Below, one piece after another: positions 1 to 10,045 of a DNA stretch of 64,000 nt. The notes below the pieces were generated by a model. It did not search any database and had not been told where the DNA came from. It saw only the letters and a program-made list of their open reading frames with translations. The first letter of the stretch is position 1. Each line of letters starts with the position of its first letter. Origin of the DNA: an uncultured Candidatus Saccharibacteria bacterium (lineage in GTDB: Bacteria > Patescibacteriota > Minisyncoccia > UBA11713 > 2-01-FULL-45-33); the NCBI GenBank assembly GCA_964464405.1, contig CAYXFX010000002.1, positions 44,027-108,026 of the forward strand, written 5' to 3'. The translations under genes and the position numbers were made by a program.

Positions 1-2
1 AC

Positions 3-1061
3 TTGGAATTTGTAAAAGGCGCGTTTGAAAGAAATTACGTAAATGAGGGCGTGCTCGCCTCGGAATTTGAGAAAAAAATCGCGGAGCTTGTCGGCGCAAG
101 ATACGCAGTCGCGACGACAAGCGGGACGGTTTCAATTTTCCTTGTTTTAAAAGCGCTTGGCGTAGGCTCCGGAGACGAAGTTATAGTTCCCGACGCAACC
201 TTCATTGCCACCGCCAATGCAGCTGAGCTCTGCGGAGCGCGGCCAGTCTTTGTTGATATAAACGAACGCGATTTAAATATCAGCACAGAAGCCTTTGAGC
301 GTGCAATTACTTCGAAAACAAAAGCTGTAGTGCCCGTTCACGTAACGGGTCGTGCATGCGACATGGAAACAATTTTGGATATCGCTCGCAAAAATAAAAT
401 TTTTGTTGTAGAAGACGCAGCGGAAGCTTTGGGATCAAAATATAAAGGAAAATTTTTAGGAACATGGGGAGACGCAGGATGCTTTTCTTTTTCGGCAAAT
501 AAAACGATTTCTACTGCACAGGGAGGAATGATTGTAACAAACAACGGCGCGCTTGCTTCAAAAATACGCGCACTAAAAGACCAAGGACGGACAATTAAAG
601 GCACGGGCGGAGACGATTTACATAGCTCGGTAGGATACAATTTTAAATATACCGACATTCAAGCAGCTTTGGGGTTAGGACAGCTTACGCACTTTGAAAG
701 GCGCGCAGCACGAATGAAAAGAAATTACAAAATGTATTCTGATAATTTGAAAAACATAAAAGACGTTAGAGTGTTTCCTTCCAACCCGGAAGAACTTCCG
801 CAATGGACGGATATAATCTGTCCGCGAAGAGACGAACTTGCGGAACATTTAAAAAAACAAAATATTGATTGCCGCAAATATTGGCATCCAATTCACAAAC
901 AGTCTGCTTATCCCCAGCCAGACGATAAATTTCCTGTAAGCACGAGAGTGCTCCCCAAGTCGCTCTGGCTGCCTTCGGCGTTCACATTAACAGACGAGGA
1001 CGTAAATTTTGTCTCAAACGAAATAAAAAGTTTTTTCGCTCCTAAAATAAAAAGTATATAG
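3..1061 (+). CDS. DegT/DnrJ/EryC1/StrS-family PLP-dependent sugar aminotransferase. Truncated at the 5' end by the window edge.
   Basis: Its 352 aa align along the full length of DegT-family aminotransferases (..TSGTVSIFLVLKALGVGSGDEVIVPDATFIATANA.. and the FSFSANKTIST lysine region). The ORF runs to the window edge with no in-frame start, so the start lies upstream. Confidence 0.85.
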   Translation: MEFVKGAFERNYVNEGVLASEFEKKIAELVGARYAVATTSGTVSIFLVLKALGVGSGDEVIVPDATFIATANAAELCGARPVFVDINERDLNISTEAFERAITSKTKAVVPVHVTGRACDMETILDIARKNKIFVVEDAAEALGSKYKGKFLGTWGDAGCFSFSANKTISTAQGGMIVTNNGALASKIRALKDQGRTIKGTGGDDLHSSVGYNFKYTDIQAALGLGQLTHFERRAARMKRNYKMYSDNLKNIKDVRVFPSNPEELPQWTDIICPRRDELAEHLKKQNIDCRKYWHPIHKQSAYPQPDDKFPVSTRVLPKSLWLPSAFTLTDEDVNFVSNEIKSFFAPKIKSI

Positions 1062-1145
1062 AAAATTAAAAAAACCGCTATAGCATTTTTTACATATACA
1101 TTTACGGACGACCGTCATTATGTGTATATATCCTATATTTTGCAT

Positions 1146-2165
1146 TTAAACTGCCGTAGAATGCTTGAAATACCACTCATACGTGCGGCGCAATCCTTCG
1201 TCTAAAGAAACTTCGGGTTTCCAGCCGGTGAGTGTTTGTAATTTAGAAACGTCCGCGAGGCGCCGTTTTACGCTACCAGGCGGAGAAGATTTGATGTCTA
1301 ACTCTTTTGGGCGCCAACCGGTAATTTTAAACATGCGCTCAGCTAAATCGAGCGCTGTGATTTCGTGAAAATCACCTATATGCACAGTTTCTATTGGCTG
1401 GTGGTCAGTTTTCGGAGTATCCATAAGTAAACGCATCGCGCGCACGGCATCATCTATATAACAATACGTGCGTGTTTCGTCCGCTCCGAAAATAGAAAAA
1501 GGATCGACGCTTCGTGCGATTCTTAAAGAAAATTCCGGTATTACGTGATCATATCCGGCGCGCGGACCGTAAAAGTTGTGCGGACGCACAATTATCCCAC
1601 GAAAATTATGGCTCTTCGCATAATGAATTAAAAACGGCTCTCCTATTAGTTTTGTGGCCGCATATGACCATCGCGGATTATACGGGTCGTCCACAACTAG
1701 CTGAACATTTTCGGGCGTTGGAATCGGCAGAGAGTTAAAAGCGTTAAGGGCGCCTGCGTATGCTTCATTTGATGATGTAAATAAAAATTTTCCGCCAGAG
1801 TTTTCTTTTTTAAACCATTCGAGCATATATATCAAAGAAAGCGTATTTATTCGCATAACTTCGTGCGGCATTTGATAAAAGTTTTTAGTGCCGTTAATTG
1901 CCGCGAGATGATAGACATGATGATACCCGTTTCCCAAATCGTTATACGAATTATGGTCAGTTAAATCCAAGTTAAGAAACCGAACGCGCGGATCGCAAAG
2001 CAGCGTTTTAAATTCGTCGTCCATTTTTCCACGCTGCAAATTATCTACCAATATAAGCAAAATATTTTCACCATAAGATGCAAGCAAATGCTGCGCTAAA
2101 TGGTAGCCGATAAACCCCGCTCCTCCTGTTATTAATATTTTTTTTATTTTTTCAGCCATATCCAC
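1146..2165 (-). CDS. NAD-dependent epimerase/dehydratase (extended SDR, NDP-sugar modifying)
   Basis: Has the N-terminal GGAGFIGYHL Rossmann motif and the YAATK catalytic Y-x3-K motif. Its 339 aa are typical of UDP/GDP-sugar 4-epimerases and 4,6-dehydratases. Confidence 0.85.
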   Translation of the reverse strand: MDMAEKIKKILITGGAGFIGYHLAQHLLASYGENILLILVDNLQRGKMDDEFKTLLCDPRVRFLNLDLTDHNSYNDLGNGYHHVYHLAAINGTKNFYQMPHEVMRINTLSLIYMLEWFKKENSGGKFLFTSSNEAYAGALNAFNSLPIPTPENVQLVVDDPYNPRWSYAATKLIGEPFLIHYAKSHNFRGIIVRPHNFYGPRAGYDHVIPEFSLRIARSVDPFSIFGADETRTYCYIDDAVRAMRLLMDTPKTDHQPIETVHIGDFHEITALDLAERMFKITGWRPKELDIKSSPPGSVKRRLADVSKLQTLTGWKPEVSLDEGLRRTYEWYFKHSTAV

Positions 2166-3742
2166 AAACTTTTTGGATCTTCTATTTCGTGTTTAATAAA
2201 TTTAAAACCGACGGCCTCCGCCATTTGTTTTGCTTCGCGGGGACTTAAAGAAACGCCGTATGCCCAATGCCACTTGTATGGGCCCATTCCCGTGCGAAGG
2301 TGAAGCTTTGCAATTCCTCCTGTATTTAACGTCCGGTAAAGTTCCTTAAAATAATTAGCAAGCGCTTTTTTTTGAGGCACATGCCGCAATGCTTGATATG
2401 AAAACGCCAAATCGAAGGAATTGCTTTTAAATGGAATGCTTTGTCCATCGGAAATTTGATAGTTAATGCGCTGGTCCGCAACTCTTTTTTTTGCGCTAGT
2501 CAGCATTGCGTCTGAAATATCAATTGCAGCAACACTTACAAAATGCTTCGGGAAAAATTCCGTCATTCTACCAAGACCGCATCCGATTTCAAGCGCAGAT
2601 GTTTTTGAATTTAGTATCTGGAATAATAATTTGTCTTCTTCTATATATTTTTTATAATCAGAAAGTCCGGTCTCCCGCAATTCAAATTCACTCACGTCTT
2701 TTCCTGACAAAGTTTTCGTATTTACATAATATCTCGCGTTCTTTTCTGCAAGTTTATTCCAAATATCACGCACATCGGATAAATCTCTGTCGGGAATCAC
2801 GCGCGTGAGCGCTTCTGATAAAAATCTAAATTTTTTCCTTGCCAGCTGCACCCCCCGTAAAGAATTAAGTTTATTCCACAAAAAAATACCGGTTCCTACG
2901 TCTCCCATAGCCTGCCGCTCATCGGCCCAAGAAGAAAACCATTCAGGAAGCTCGTTTTTTTTCTCAAATTCGCGATGCGCTAAATTACTTTTGTATGCCG
3001 CTTCCATAACCATGTTTCTTCCGCCGCTTCTGAAAGCGCGGGCAAATGCCCGCAGGTCTTTTGGTAAACAATGTCCCCCAAACGATTTTCCGTATCTTAA
3101 ATAACTTTTTTTCTCAAAAATAAAATCTATTACATCAGAGTCCTGAGTTAAATCTCCAAATTCATTAACAAATGCAACGCGCAGCGCATTCCAAATATTT
3201 GAAAGATATTTAATATAAGAAGCCTGTTCAGGCGTTCCTGTAAAAACTCTGTTTGACCTTATCCGCCATGAATCAAAGAATTCCGGTTCTTTTTGTAGCA
3301 TTGTTTTTGCGCCCAAAACAAAAAATTGCGGATTTAAGCACTCTTCCACCGCATGCTTTTCATGCAGAAACTCAGGCAAATAGAAATGAAAGTTAAGCTC
3401 TCGCAAACTTTGCGGTAAAACAGTCGAACGCAAAATAATTTTCCCCTTTGTTTCTTTTAACGAATCGAGTGCTTTTTTTATTAAACTTAAGTCCTGCGCG
3501 CCCTCTTCACTCACCTTATCCCCCACGCAAACGATATAAGAAGTGTCCACACTGTCCTTTTCTAAAGGGCTCGCAAGCGGCTGAATTTTTTTGTATAAGT
3601 CTTCGAATTCCACATAACGAAAAACTGGCGGCACCACGTCGTAATAATAAACTTCTTCGCCCATTTTTGTAAGCGCAATTGCGTTTGCCTGCCCCACCCA
3701 TCCGAACCCGACAACAACCATTCTTGGCTTTCCATTTTGCAT
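2144..3742 (-). CDS. Fusion protein: UDP-glucose/GDP-mannose-dehydrogenase-like N-terminal domain plus C-terminal class I SAM-dependent methyltransferase
   Basis: The N-terminus has VVVGFGWVGQ NAD-binding, PEFLHEKHAVEE (compare PEFLREG in UDPGDH) and GGHCLPKD (compare the catalytic GGSCFPKD). The C-terminus has EIGCGLGRM.. and ..FDLAFS.. methyltransferase motifs I and II. It is a single 532-aa ORF. Confidence 0.7.
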   Translation of the reverse strand: MQNGKPRMVVVGFGWVGQANAIALTKMGEEVYYYDVVPPVFRYVEFEDLYKKIQPLASPLEKDSVDTSYIVCVGDKVSEEGAQDLSLIKKALDSLKETKGKIILRSTVLPQSLRELNFHFYLPEFLHEKHAVEECLNPQFFVLGAKTMLQKEPEFFDSWRIRSNRVFTGTPEQASYIKYLSNIWNALRVAFVNEFGDLTQDSDVIDFIFEKKSYLRYGKSFGGHCLPKDLRAFARAFRSGGRNMVMEAAYKSNLAHREFEKKNELPEWFSSWADERQAMGDVGTGIFLWNKLNSLRGVQLARKKFRFLSEALTRVIPDRDLSDVRDIWNKLAEKNARYYVNTKTLSGKDVSEFELRETGLSDYKKYIEEDKLLFQILNSKTSALEIGCGLGRMTEFFPKHFVSVAAIDISDAMLTSAKKRVADQRINYQISDGQSIPFKSNSFDLAFSYQALRHVPQKKALANYFKELYRTLNTGGIAKLHLRTGMGPYKWHWAYGVSLSPREAKQMAEAVGFKFIKHEIEDPKSLWIWLKK

Positions 3743-3782
3743 ATAAATTAAACCTGTTGCGAGCTAGTGAAGTAACCATTTT

Positions 3783-5510
3783 TTAATACTTAATTTTATA
3801 TAAATAAAGGCTTTCCGATCTTAAAACTTCTTCGAGCCCAGTTATAAATTTTAAGTCCCATTCGGGATTTTTCTCTTTATCCCAAACGATATAATTAACT
3901 CCGTATTTTCTTAATATTTCAACGATATTGTTTTTATTTTTTGAAATATCCGAGTATTTCGCCTCCAGTTCCTTTTTTACTTCTAGCTCACTTTTCCCGG
4001 TTTTATGTGCATTAAATCCGGCAACGGTTCCCAAAAGCATATAGTAATAGTTGCGGTCCGTAAAATTCTTTTCTGCGGTCTTTACATTTGAATAATAATC
4101 AAAAAAGTTATTTCTGGCGTCTTTATTTAAATATGTATAAACGTAAAATACATCATAAATTTTTTCTTCCGGTGTATTTAAAGTTTGTGCGCCATCTGCC
4201 CAAAAAAGGTCATGCGGAGTATGCACAATAAACAGAAGCTGATCTAAATATTGGGACGCAAGTATTACGCCCGGCGTGCTGTCTTTATTTAAATAATCAA
4301 TTGCCGCACCATAGCGTTGCAGATATTTTTTTATTTCGAATGTTGCAAATGTTCCGCGGTATTGATGGATTCCCATGTATCCATAAATTAATAAAATAAT
4401 AGAACAAAACAATATATTTTTATATTTAAAACTTTTTAATAAATCAGCCGCAATTATTAATACAACAAAAATCGAAACGGGAATGACAAAATACCAAAAA
4501 TAATGCCATGGCTGTATTTCTCTGCCAGTGATAATATGCTGATTTAGGACAAACCAATTTCCTAAAAATAAGCTGAAAAGCAAAATAGAATTTTTTTGCA
4601 TGCGGTTTTTATAAAAATACGGAATTAGCAAAAAAACAGGAACCAAAGCGATTTTGCTGAAAACAAATGAGCCGCTCAGTGTCTCCCCGGAAAAAAACAA
4701 AAGCCGCCGTCCTAATTCGGAGTTAATCACAGAAAAAAGCTTAATTAACGGATACGCACCAACTGCTAATGCCGTAACTCCGACAAGCACTATTTTTTTA
4801 ATTTGCCCAAAATCGCGCAACACCGCGTTTAGCAGCAAAGAAACAAAAATGACCGCTCCAGCATAAGTCCATGCGTAAAAATAAACATAAAATAACGCGC
4901 CTAGCGTCGCTCCAGACAAATAAATATATTTTTTATTTGTTTCTTTTAAACACTTATTAAAAAAATATAAAAAGAGAAAAAGAAAAATCGCGCTAAAAAG
5001 CGGACGTATAGGACGAGCATAAACATTAAAATCCGTGCCGTATCCGCTAAAAAGTATCGGATATCTAACAATCAAATTATATCCTCCGATAATAAAAACC
5101 GGCGCAAGAACCGAAACAATTTTGTCAGCCGTTAATTCAAGGGCTAAAAAATAAATAATAACTGAAAGCAAAAATACGCCAATAAATCCCCATATATTAA
5201 AAACGGCTTCAACATTGACATCAGTGGCCCCAAACAATTTATATGGAAACATCAGCAACTGTTCCACGTAAATTTGTTGGACATTGGGCCCATCTTTTCC
5301 TTCTTTTAAAATAAAATTCCCGAGAGAATGTCCGTCTAAAATTTCTCTGCCGTGAGCAAGATACTGCCACTCATCCGATTCAAAATTTCCTGAATTAATT
5401 CCTCTATAATCGCCTCCGGCTAAAAATGGGAGTATTATATTCGGAAAAAACACCAAAAAAGCAATGGCAAGCGCATTTACCAACATAAACTTGTGTTCCT
5501 TAAATTTCAT
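3783..5510 (-). CDS. Large polytopic membrane protein, paralog A of three; candidate GT-C-like glycosyltransferase of unknown family
   Basis: About 12 predicted TM segments. It shares motifs with 5500..7224 and 12960..14783: G-D-Y-R/Q-G-I-N..D-E..Y..G...L-x-G-N-x-L-G-N, FYVY-x-YAWT, (H/Y)T-x-HDLFW, and a C-terminal NIVE-x-L-x-KY-x-V-x-YI-x-WD. The start is taken at the internal Met (MKFKEHKF...) by alignment with the paralogs; the ORF track extends to 5543. Confidence 0.75.
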   Translation of the reverse strand: MKFKEHKFMLVNALAIAFLVFFPNIILPFLAGGDYRGINSGNFESDEWQYLAHGREILDGHSLGNFILKEGKDGPNVQQIYVEQLLMFPYKLFGATDVNVEAVFNIWGFIGVFLLSVIIYFLALELTADKIVSVLAPVFIIGGYNLIVRYPILFSGYGTDFNVYARPIRPLFSAIFLFLFLYFFNKCLKETNKKYIYLSGATLGALFYVYFYAWTYAGAVIFVSLLLNAVLRDFGQIKKIVLVGVTALAVGAYPLIKLFSVINSELGRRLLFFSGETLSGSFVFSKIALVPVFLLIPYFYKNRMQKNSILLFSLFLGNWFVLNQHIITGREIQPWHYFWYFVIPVSIFVVLIIAADLLKSFKYKNILFCSIILLIYGYMGIHQYRGTFATFEIKKYLQRYGAAIDYLNKDSTPGVILASQYLDQLLFIVHTPHDLFWADGAQTLNTPEEKIYDVFYVYTYLNKDARNNFFDYYSNVKTAEKNFTDRNYYYMLLGTVAGFNAHKTGKSELEVKKELEAKYSDISKNKNNIVEILRKYGVNYIVWDKEKNPEWDLKFITGLEEVLRSESLYLYKIKY

Positions 5511-7224
5511 ACAGATGAATGTTATTCTCACTTTTAATTTCATGAAGTGTATTTATAAAAGACAAATCCCAGCTAGAATAAATATTTTCATCCCACAAAA
5601 TATACCGAACTTCATATTTTTTAAGCATTTCGACGATGTTTTTAGGACTCCGCGCCAGTTTGTTGTATTCCTCTGAAAAATCATTTAATAACTTTTCTCT
5701 TTTTTCTAAAAGTTCCGGATCTTTTCTTCCTAGTCTGCGATAATATTCATAGTGGTCAAATCCGGATAAATATCCTTCTATGCCTTCATAAACCGCGTGA
5801 GTCGGCGCATTATTAATAAAATCATTTCTTGTATTTTTATTTAAATATACATAAAGATACAAAGCGTCTTTAAAGCGCTGCATAGGATTGTAATTCATTG
5901 CGGCAAAATTGTGCCAAAAAAGATCATGCGGAGTATATATATTTACGAGCTGCGCATAAGGGTCGTCTCCCGCTAAAACAACTTCTGACTCTTTTTCTTT
6001 ATTTAAAATTTCCAGCACACTTTTATATTTTTGGTCGTAAAGTTTAGATTCGTAAGTTGTGCCAAAAGAACGGTATTGTCCTATGGCCGTATTTAGCAAC
6101 GCAAGCAAAATCAGTAAACCAAAACTTATTTTTCTTAAAAAATTATAATTTTCGGACAGCTTCCATAACATATAGAAGGTCGTAATAATAAAAAGCGGCA
6201 CAATAAAAAACCAGTAATAATGATTTTGTTGTAGCATTCGTCCCGTAATTATCTGCTGGTTTAAGGCGACAAATCCGGCAAGAGCCACAGAAAGCACAAA
6301 AGGGGCATTCGAATCCTCGCGGTCTTTGTAAATAAAAAAACAGAAAAGAACCAGTGAAAGCAACCCGAGATTATTCATTATAGGAGCGCTTCCCAGTGAC
6401 GACCATGAAAAATAATAAAATTGTTCACCTGCCGGCGAATTCAAAAAGTTAAAAATACGCAAAAGATACAAGCTTCCGATAAAAAATCCCAAAATATTTA
6501 TCCAGAAAACCCTTTTTGCGTTGCGGAAATCCTTCCAAAAAAGAAGGGCTAAAAATAAAATTCCGTTTAAAACTAAAGCAAAAGTCCAGGCATAAAAATA
6601 AACATAAAAAAGTAGCCCGTAAAGCGCGCCGGCAAAAAATATCGTTTTAATTTTTTCTGATTTAAGTGCCTTTACTAAAGCAAGCAAGTAAGAAAAAAAT
6701 GCAAGTGAGCCAATATAAGGATATAAAGATCTGCCGTACACATTAAAATCCTCGTAAAAAAAAGTTTTGTTGTATACTATTGAATAACCGCCGACAACAA
6801 AAAGTGCGGCGGATATTGCGAGAAATTTATTCGCGCTAATTTTCAAAGTTAAAAAATAAATTAGCAGAATTAAAAGAAATACTCCTATAAAATTATAAAT
6901 ATTATAAAGCGTTACAATATTTATTTGGTCCTTCAGTCCAAGAAAATATAAAGGTCCAACAAGCACATACTCGTTTATCGTAAAGTAATAGTCTTGTTTC
7001 GTACTTTTCCCTTCTTTTAATGCGGGGTTGCCCAAATAATTGCCGTGAAGCACATCGTTTCCGCGTGTTAAATAAAGATGTTCGTCTGTACCAAAATGAG
7101 CAATGTTTATTCCTTGGTACGAATCTCCAGCTTTAAAATAAAATGCAACTAGAGGAAATTCTATAAGCAGAGCCAAAATAAAGGACGAAATTAGTGCGGC
7201 TCGATGTTGTTTTAAAAATTCCAT
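5500..7224 (-). CDS. Large polytopic membrane protein, paralog B
   Basis: 574 aa with the same conserved motifs as paralogs A and C (AGDSYQGINIAHFGTDEHLYLTRGNDVLHGNYLGN; FYVYFYAWTF; YTPHDLFW; KNIVEMLKKYEVRYILWDE). Confidence 0.8.
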   Translation of the reverse strand: MEFLKQHRAALISSFILALLIEFPLVAFYFKAGDSYQGINIAHFGTDEHLYLTRGNDVLHGNYLGNPALKEGKSTKQDYYFTINEYVLVGPLYFLGLKDQINIVTLYNIYNFIGVFLLILLIYFLTLKISANKFLAISAALFVVGGYSIVYNKTFFYEDFNVYGRSLYPYIGSLAFFSYLLALVKALKSEKIKTIFFAGALYGLLFYVYFYAWTFALVLNGILFLALLFWKDFRNAKRVFWINILGFFIGSLYLLRIFNFLNSPAGEQFYYFSWSSLGSAPIMNNLGLLSLVLFCFFIYKDREDSNAPFVLSVALAGFVALNQQIITGRMLQQNHYYWFFIVPLFIITTFYMLWKLSENYNFLRKISFGLLILLALLNTAIGQYRSFGTTYESKLYDQKYKSVLEILNKEKESEVVLAGDDPYAQLVNIYTPHDLFWHNFAAMNYNPMQRFKDALYLYVYLNKNTRNDFINNAPTHAVYEGIEGYLSGFDHYEYYRRLGRKDPELLEKREKLLNDFSEEYNKLARSPKNIVEMLKKYEVRYILWDENIYSSWDLSFINTLHEIKSENNIHLYEI

Positions 7225-7898
7225 TGTTTTTCCGGTTTGATTATTAAAAAATGGAAAGTGTTAAAATAACACGGCCGCAAAATCAGGGAATAAAAAGGAT
7301 AAATTAAAAAAAATATTATTTTGAATCTTTTTTTTAATTTATCTTCACGAATATCATAAACTGCAAAACCTGTTTTGTTCAACATTTTTTTCGCTCTTTT
7401 ATAAGTAAAGTAATGCATGCTTACTAATTTCTGTCTTCCTCCGTAACCATCCGGTTTTTGCCGCCGAGCAAATTTCAAAACGGCTTCGGTCCATTCCCTT
7501 GGAATCCAGTTGATAAAATAGATATGATAATGATAGTCATAAACTCCGAAACGGTTGTGAAAGCTAATATAAGATTTGCCTCCCGGCTTTAAAACTCTGA
7601 AAATTTCTGCGCACATTTTTTTTGGGTCATCAACATGCTCCGTAACTTCCGAGGAATTTATAAAATCAAACATATTGCTTGAAAAAGGCAGCTCCTCCGC
7701 CTTGCCTGCAATAATATTTCCGCGCATACTTTCCGGTTTTACGTCAACGCCATAAGTTTTATAACCTAGACGTTCCATCTCTTCCAAAAATCTTCCGTCA
7801 CCCGCTCCTATATCTAAAACTAAACCGCCTTTTTTTAAAAACTGTGCGCAATATTCTGAATGCCTCATATAAATGTTTAGTAATATAGACCTCTCCAA
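7212..7898 (-). CDS. Class I SAM-dependent methyltransferase
   Basis: VLDIGAGDGRF (motif I), KTYGVDV, and FDFINSSEVTEHVDDP..VLKPGG (motifs II and III). Confidence 0.8.
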   Translation of the reverse strand: MERSILLNIYMRHSEYCAQFLKKGGLVLDIGAGDGRFLEEMERLGYKTYGVDVKPESMRGNIIAGKAEELPFSSNMFDFINSSEVTEHVDDPKKMCAEIFRVLKPGGKSYISFHNRFGVYDYHYHIYFINWIPREWTEAVLKFARRQKPDGYGGRQKLVSMHYFTYKRAKKMLNKTGFAVYDIREDKLKKRFKIIFFLIYPFYSLILRPCYFNTFHFLIIKPEKQWNF

Positions 7899-8617
7899 TG
7901 GTTAATTTTTATTTGTAATAACTCCTTCGCAGAACTTACTATGTCCGAAAGTACTCTCACTCGAGAATCATCATCATGCGCCCAGCTTACGGGCATCTGC
8001 CGAATTGGAATTTGTTTAAGACGTGCAATATATAAAAGCTCCGTATCAAAAGCCCATCTGTTAATCCGCGCCCTGGGAAATATTTTTACCGTTGCTTCTT
8101 TTGAAAAGCACTTAAATCCGCATGTAAAATCGGGGATCCCTGGAACAAAAAGGTTAGAGAGCTTGCTAAACCCTTGTCCTAAAAAAATTCTTAAAAAAGA
8201 TTCGCTTCTTTGTACTTTAGATCCACTAAGTCTCCGGCTTCCGATAATAATTTGGTCAGAAGGCTCCATAAGTAATTTTAATTGTTCAAATTCCGAAAGC
8301 GGAGTTGCTAAATCAATATCAAAAAAAATGACCCAGTCACTCGATGCGGCCAAAGCTCCCTGCCTTACAGCGTACCCCTTTCCGGTGTTTTTTTTGTATT
8401 CTACTATCTTAAACCCATACTTTGACTTGTAGTTTTCTAAAATCTTTTGCGTATCGTCACGAGATCCGTCATTTACAAAAATAATTTCCGTTCGCTCCGG
8501 AACTTTAGAAAAAAACTCGCAGATGCTGTCTATATTTTTCGGGATCCTTTTTTCTTCATTATAAACGGGAATTACAATAGAAAAAGAATGGGGCATTTTA
8601 AAAAAAATATTTCGCAA
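7877..8617 (-). CDS. Family 2 glycosyltransferase (polyprenyl-phosphate sugar synthase-like, DPM1/GtrB/ArnC type)
   Basis: FSIVIPVYNEE...EIIFVNDGSRDDT...DIDLATP. The likely true start is the internal Met (MPHSF..). Confidence 0.85.
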   Translation of the reverse strand: MRNIFFKMPHSFSIVIPVYNEEKRIPKNIDSICEFFSKVPERTEIIFVNDGSRDDTQKILENYKSKYGFKIVEYKKNTGKGYAVRQGALAASSDWVIFFDIDLATPLSEFEQLKLLMEPSDQIIIGSRRLSGSKVQRSESFLRIFLGQGFSKLSNLFVPGIPDFTCGFKCFSKEATVKIFPRARINRWAFDTELLYIARLKQIPIRQMPVSWAHDDDSRVRVLSDIVSSAKELLQIKINHWRGLYY

Positions 8618-9644
8618 ATTTTAATATTCCCTGTTTCCAAGGTACTCGGTGAGATACACCACTTATATCGCCGAACTTATTTTTATTTTCAAGATACCAT
8701 TCAAAATTTCTCACAAGCGCATCTTTATTTGAATATTTAGGGGTATACCCCAAAATACTCTCCGCTTTCTCTATAGAAACAAAGGAGTCTTTCCCGGCAG
8801 TTTCGTATACCCACTTGTAAAGCGGCGAAAGATGAAGTATTTCTAAAAATCGCAAAGTCCAAATCATAGGAGCTGCAGGCAACCCTATGATTTTTTTTCC
8901 GAAACCGGCATGATCCAAAACCGCTTGATAATCTTCGCGCATAGTTAAGAAGTTCCTTGCGCCAATATTAAAAGTATCGTTCACTTTTTCTTCTGGCAAT
9001 GTAAGCGTGAGCCAAATAGCTTCGCACAAATCTTCGACGTCCAGCAACTGATATTTATTTTTTCCGTTGCCTATCATAGGGAAACCACAACCTGTACTTG
9101 CCCAATCATAAAATAAAGCAAATACCCCCAAACGTTCTGGGCCTATAAAAGATTTTGGACGCAAAATAGGAACAATAGCTCCTTTTTTTCTTGCTTCTTT
9201 ACAAAGCTCTTCTGCCAAAATTTTTGCTTCGCCGTATGGTCCCACCCCTTGCAATTTATCGGTTTCATATATCGGGTGATGGTCGGGAATCCCATAAACA
9301 GCCGTGCTTGATATATGTACGATGCGCGGAATTTTATTTTTTATAACGGCGTCTAAAATATTTTTTGTGCCGTTAACTTCCGTTGAAAAAATATCTTCTT
9401 TGCTATAAAGTGGAAGCGCTGCTGCGGTATGCACTACCGCATAAACATTGTGAGTTGCTTCTTCGACATCTTTTACATTTCGTACATCTCCCGTAATGCA
9501 CTTAACTTGATTTTTTTCTAAGTAATCAAAAGGCGCGATATCCAAAGACACAACCTCGCATCCTTTTTTTAATAAAAAGCGCGCGAGGTTAATTCCTAAA
9601 AATCCAGCTCCACCGGTAATTAATATTTTTTTATCGCCATCCAT
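8598..9644 (-). CDS. NAD-dependent epimerase/dehydratase (SDR)
   Basis: KILITGGAGFLGINLARFL plus a YGEAK catalytic motif; 348 aa. Confidence 0.85.
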   Translation of the reverse strand: MDGDKKILITGGAGFLGINLARFLLKKGCEVVSLDIAPFDYLEKNQVKCITGDVRNVKDVEEATHNVYAVVHTAAALPLYSKEDIFSTEVNGTKNILDAVIKNKIPRIVHISSTAVYGIPDHHPIYETDKLQGVGPYGEAKILAEELCKEARKKGAIVPILRPKSFIGPERLGVFALFYDWASTGCGFPMIGNGKNKYQLLDVEDLCEAIWLTLTLPEEKVNDTFNIGARNFLTMREDYQAVLDHAGFGKKIIGLPAAPMIWTLRFLEILHLSPLYKWVYETAGKDSFVSIEKAESILGYTPKYSNKDALVRNFEWYLENKNKFGDISGVSHRVPWKQGILKFAKYFF

Positions 9645-10045
9645 AATTTATAAGCTATATTATCAATCAAATAAGTTATTTTTACAAACAAAGGTTCTCT
9701 TCCAGAGATTTTTCTTCGCACCATCATAAAATCAGAGCCTATATTTTTAGCAAACAGCCCGTCCGTCAAAAATTTATCTCCTATTACAATCGTATTTTTA
9801 CTTTTTATTTCTAAATTTCCCAAAGCCGATCTCCACGGTTTTCTTTTGTTGCTTCCTTTGTTACTTAATATGTGGACCTCATTATTCCTTTTTAATTCCT
9901 CTATCTTATGTAAAACTACTTTGCTTATGTCTTTGTCTCCATCCGGGCGCAGGGTGCCATCAACGTCTAAAATGATACACGCTCCAGAAATCGCGCCGAT
10001 TTCCTCAAAAAATTGCGGGTTTTCTCTTTTTTCACTACCCAGCAT
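9620..10045 (-). CDS. HAD-superfamily subfamily IIIA (YqeG-type) phosphatase
   Basis: ILDVDGTL motif I, ILSNKGS motif II, and KRKP...VIGDKFLTDG motifs III and IV; 141 aa. Confidence 0.65.
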   Translation of the reverse strand: MLGSEKRENPQFFEEIGAISGACIILDVDGTLRPDGDKDISKVVLHKIEELKRNNEVHILSNKGSNKRKPWRSALGNLEIKSKNTIVIGDKFLTDGLFAKNIGSDFMMVRRKISGREPLFVKITYLIDNIAYKLWMAIKKY

